From Acidobacteriota bacterium (GTDB taxonomy: Bacteria > Acidobacteriota > DASWHO01), in assembly GCA_036398155.1 (NCBI GenBank), contig DASWHO010000368.1, positions 1-52,557 of the forward strand: a stretch of 52,557 nt of DNA, written 5' to 3'. Each line of letters opens with the position of its first letter. Position 1 is the first letter of the stretch. This document shows positions 51,219 through 52,557 of the stretch, in pieces. A program made the position numbers and the translations under genes. Under the pieces are notes generated by a model, which did not search any database, had not been told where the DNA came from, and was given only the letters and a program-made list of their open reading frames with translations.

Positions 51219-52557
51219 ATGAGCCCAGCTTGGCAAGCGATTCGCGGCGCGGGCGCGGCGCCGCGCCCGGCGGTGCGCTGGCGGATCCTGGCGGTCTTGT
51301 TCGGGGTCAGCTTTCTGGCCTACATCTTCCGCCTCAACCTCTCGGTCGCCGGACAGGCGATCAAGTTCGAGCTCGGGCTCAGCGACGTTCAGGTCGGCTG
51401 GATTCTGTCGAGCTTCATCTGGGGCTACACGCTGTTTCAATTCCCGGGCGGCATCTTCGGCCAGCGGCTCGGACCGCGCCGGGCGCTCGCGATCCTGGTG
51501 CTGGTCTGGACCTCGATCACGGTGCTGACCGGCATGGCGCCATTGCTCGCGGCCAGCTCAACCGCGGTCGTGGCCGCGCTGCTGGTGCTGCGCTTCGCGC
51601 TGGGCGCCGCGCAGGCGCCGCTGTTTCCGGTGGTCGCCGGGACCATCGAAGCCTGGTTTCCGGTCTCGCGCTGGGCCTTTCCGAACGCTCTGACCAGCAC
51701 CGGACTGGGCTTGGGGGCCGCGGTGACCCCGCCGATCATCGCCTGGCTGATGGTGCATTTGGGTTGGCGTGCCTCCTTCTACCTGACCGCGCCGCTCGGT
51801 CTGGCCGCGGCGGCGTGGTGGTGGTTCTATGCGCGCGATCAGCCGCGCCAGCATCCTCGAGTCCTGCGCACCGAGCTCGAGCTGATCGAGGCCGGGCGCG
51901 GCTCGGATCGCTCGAACGCCGCAAGCCGCGGCGCTTGGAAACACCTGTTGGTCAACCGTGACATTTTGATGCTGGCGCTGAGCTATCTGTGCATGAACTA
52001 CGTGTTCTACATTTTCTTCTCGTGGTTCTTCATCTACTTGGTGGAGGTGCGCCGGTTCACGGTGCTCGAGAGCGGCTTTCTGGCCTCGCTTCCATTTGTG
52101 GCCGGTTCGCTGGCGGCCGCGCTGGGCGGCGAAGCGTGTGACCGACTCTGCAAACGATTGGGGCCGCGCTGGGGTTGCCGGCTCCCCGGCATGGCCGGGC
52201 TGCTGGTGGCGGCGGGGACGCTGTTTGCCGGCGCCGGCGCCGGCGATCCCTACCTCGCGATCGGCCTGCTGTCGATCTGCTTCGCCTCCACCCAGTTCAC
52301 CGAGGGCGCCTACTGGTCGGGAACCACGTTCGTAGCCGGCCGCACCACCGCGGCGGCGACCGGCATTCTCAACACCGGCGGCAATCTGGGCGGCGTGATC
52401 GTCACGCCGCTGATCCCTTTGCTGGTGGAACGCTTCGGCTGGCTGGCCGCGCTCTCGACCGGCTCGCTGTTCGCGCTGATCGGCGCCGCGCTCTGGCTCC
52501 TGATTCGAGTGGATCGTTCGACGGCAAGCGGCAGAGCGGGGAGAGCGGGACAGCCTT
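51219..52557 (+). CDS. MFS transporter (anion:cation-symporter-like), 3' end outside the window
   Basis: Absent from the track because there is no stop in the window. Manual translation from the ATG at 51219 gives MSPAWQAIRGAGAAPRPAVRWRILAVLFGVSFLAYIFRLNLSVAGQAIKFELGLSDVQVGWILSSFIWGYTLFQFPGGIFGQRLGPRR... (MFS motif-A-like G-x3-G-x-R-x-G-x-R-R). The frame was spot-checked open at 51960 (DILMLALSYLCMNYVFYIFF) and at the window end. Confidence 0.8.
   Translation, partial: MSPAWQAIRGAGAAPRPAVRWRILAVLFGVSFLAYIFRLNLSVAGQAIKFELGLSDVQVGWILSSFIWGYTLFQFPGGIFGQRLGPRRALAILVLVWTSITVLTGMAPLLAASSTAVVAALLVLRFALGAAQAPLFPVVAGTIEAWFPVSRWAFPNALTSTGLGLGAAVTPPIIAWLMVHLGWRASFYLTAPLGLAAAAWWWFYARDQPRQHPRVLRTELELIEAGRGSDRSNAASRGAWKHLLVNRDILMLALSYLCMNYVFYIFFSWFFIYLVEVRRFTVLESGFLASLPFVAGSLAAALGGEACDRLCKRLGPRWGCRLPGMAGLLVAAGTLFAGAGAGDPYLAIGLLSICFASTQFTEGAYWSGTTFVAGRTTAAATGILNTGGNLGGVIVTPLIPLLVERFGWLAALSTGSLFALIGAALWLLIRVDRSTASGRAGRAGQP

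Overview
This 52.6-kb window is high-GC. Hand-counted samples give about 60-70% G+C over most of it, falling to about 43-55% at the extreme left end. It looks like a chromosomal segment of a diderm bacterium, because lnt, a TolC-type channel and an RND pump are present. I cannot place the lineage from sequence alone.

I support 47 protein-coding genes and one tRNA-Gly(CCC). Two of the genes run off the window edges, are missing from the supplied ORF track, and were translated by hand.

The backbone is housekeeping:
- yceD-rpmF-plsX-fabG-acpP-fabF
- trxA
- ihfB-rpsA
- rluB-scpB-scpA with an M50 protease and an aminotransferase
- recA
- NfeD/SPFH, a SPOR protein, lnt, and prfB (with the classic +1 frameshift)
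- a TetR-TolC-MFP-RND efflux operon

The accessory-looking content is:
- a low-GC secreted operon at the left edge: a GH-A-like glycosidase, an FG-GAP propeller and a beta-helix protein
- a GT2 / ADP-ribosylglycohydrolase / flavoprotein-disulfide-reductase-like trio upstream of recA
- rhomboid / membrane-embedded spermidine-synthase-like protein / 904-aa NIDO-like + 4x PKD-like surface protein
- an orphan B12-radical-SAM gene
- a Phd/YefM-VapC cassette
- a second beta-helix protein
- two tandem SDRs

I recognised no rRNA, CRISPR array, transposase, integrase or phage gene.

The signals the gene list does not explain are:
1. At least five families of short intergenic palindromic (REP/MITE-like) repeats. 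One shows compensatory stem substitutions and two form composite inverted pairs.
2. The vapBC cassette is bracketed by an imperfect 37-nt direct repeat that re-encodes the last 12 codons of the neighbouring gene. Most differences between the two copies are synonymous.
3. A predicted leaderless, palindrome-controlled TA promoter.
4. A sharp compositional break at about nt 3260.
5. A strongly SD-led 21-codon uORF that stops directly against an SDR start codon.

I cannot name one clearly novel system with confidence, so the candidates are ranked in the findings. All repeat coordinates were counted by hand and may be off by 1-2 nt. All family assignments rest on motif recognition, not on searches.
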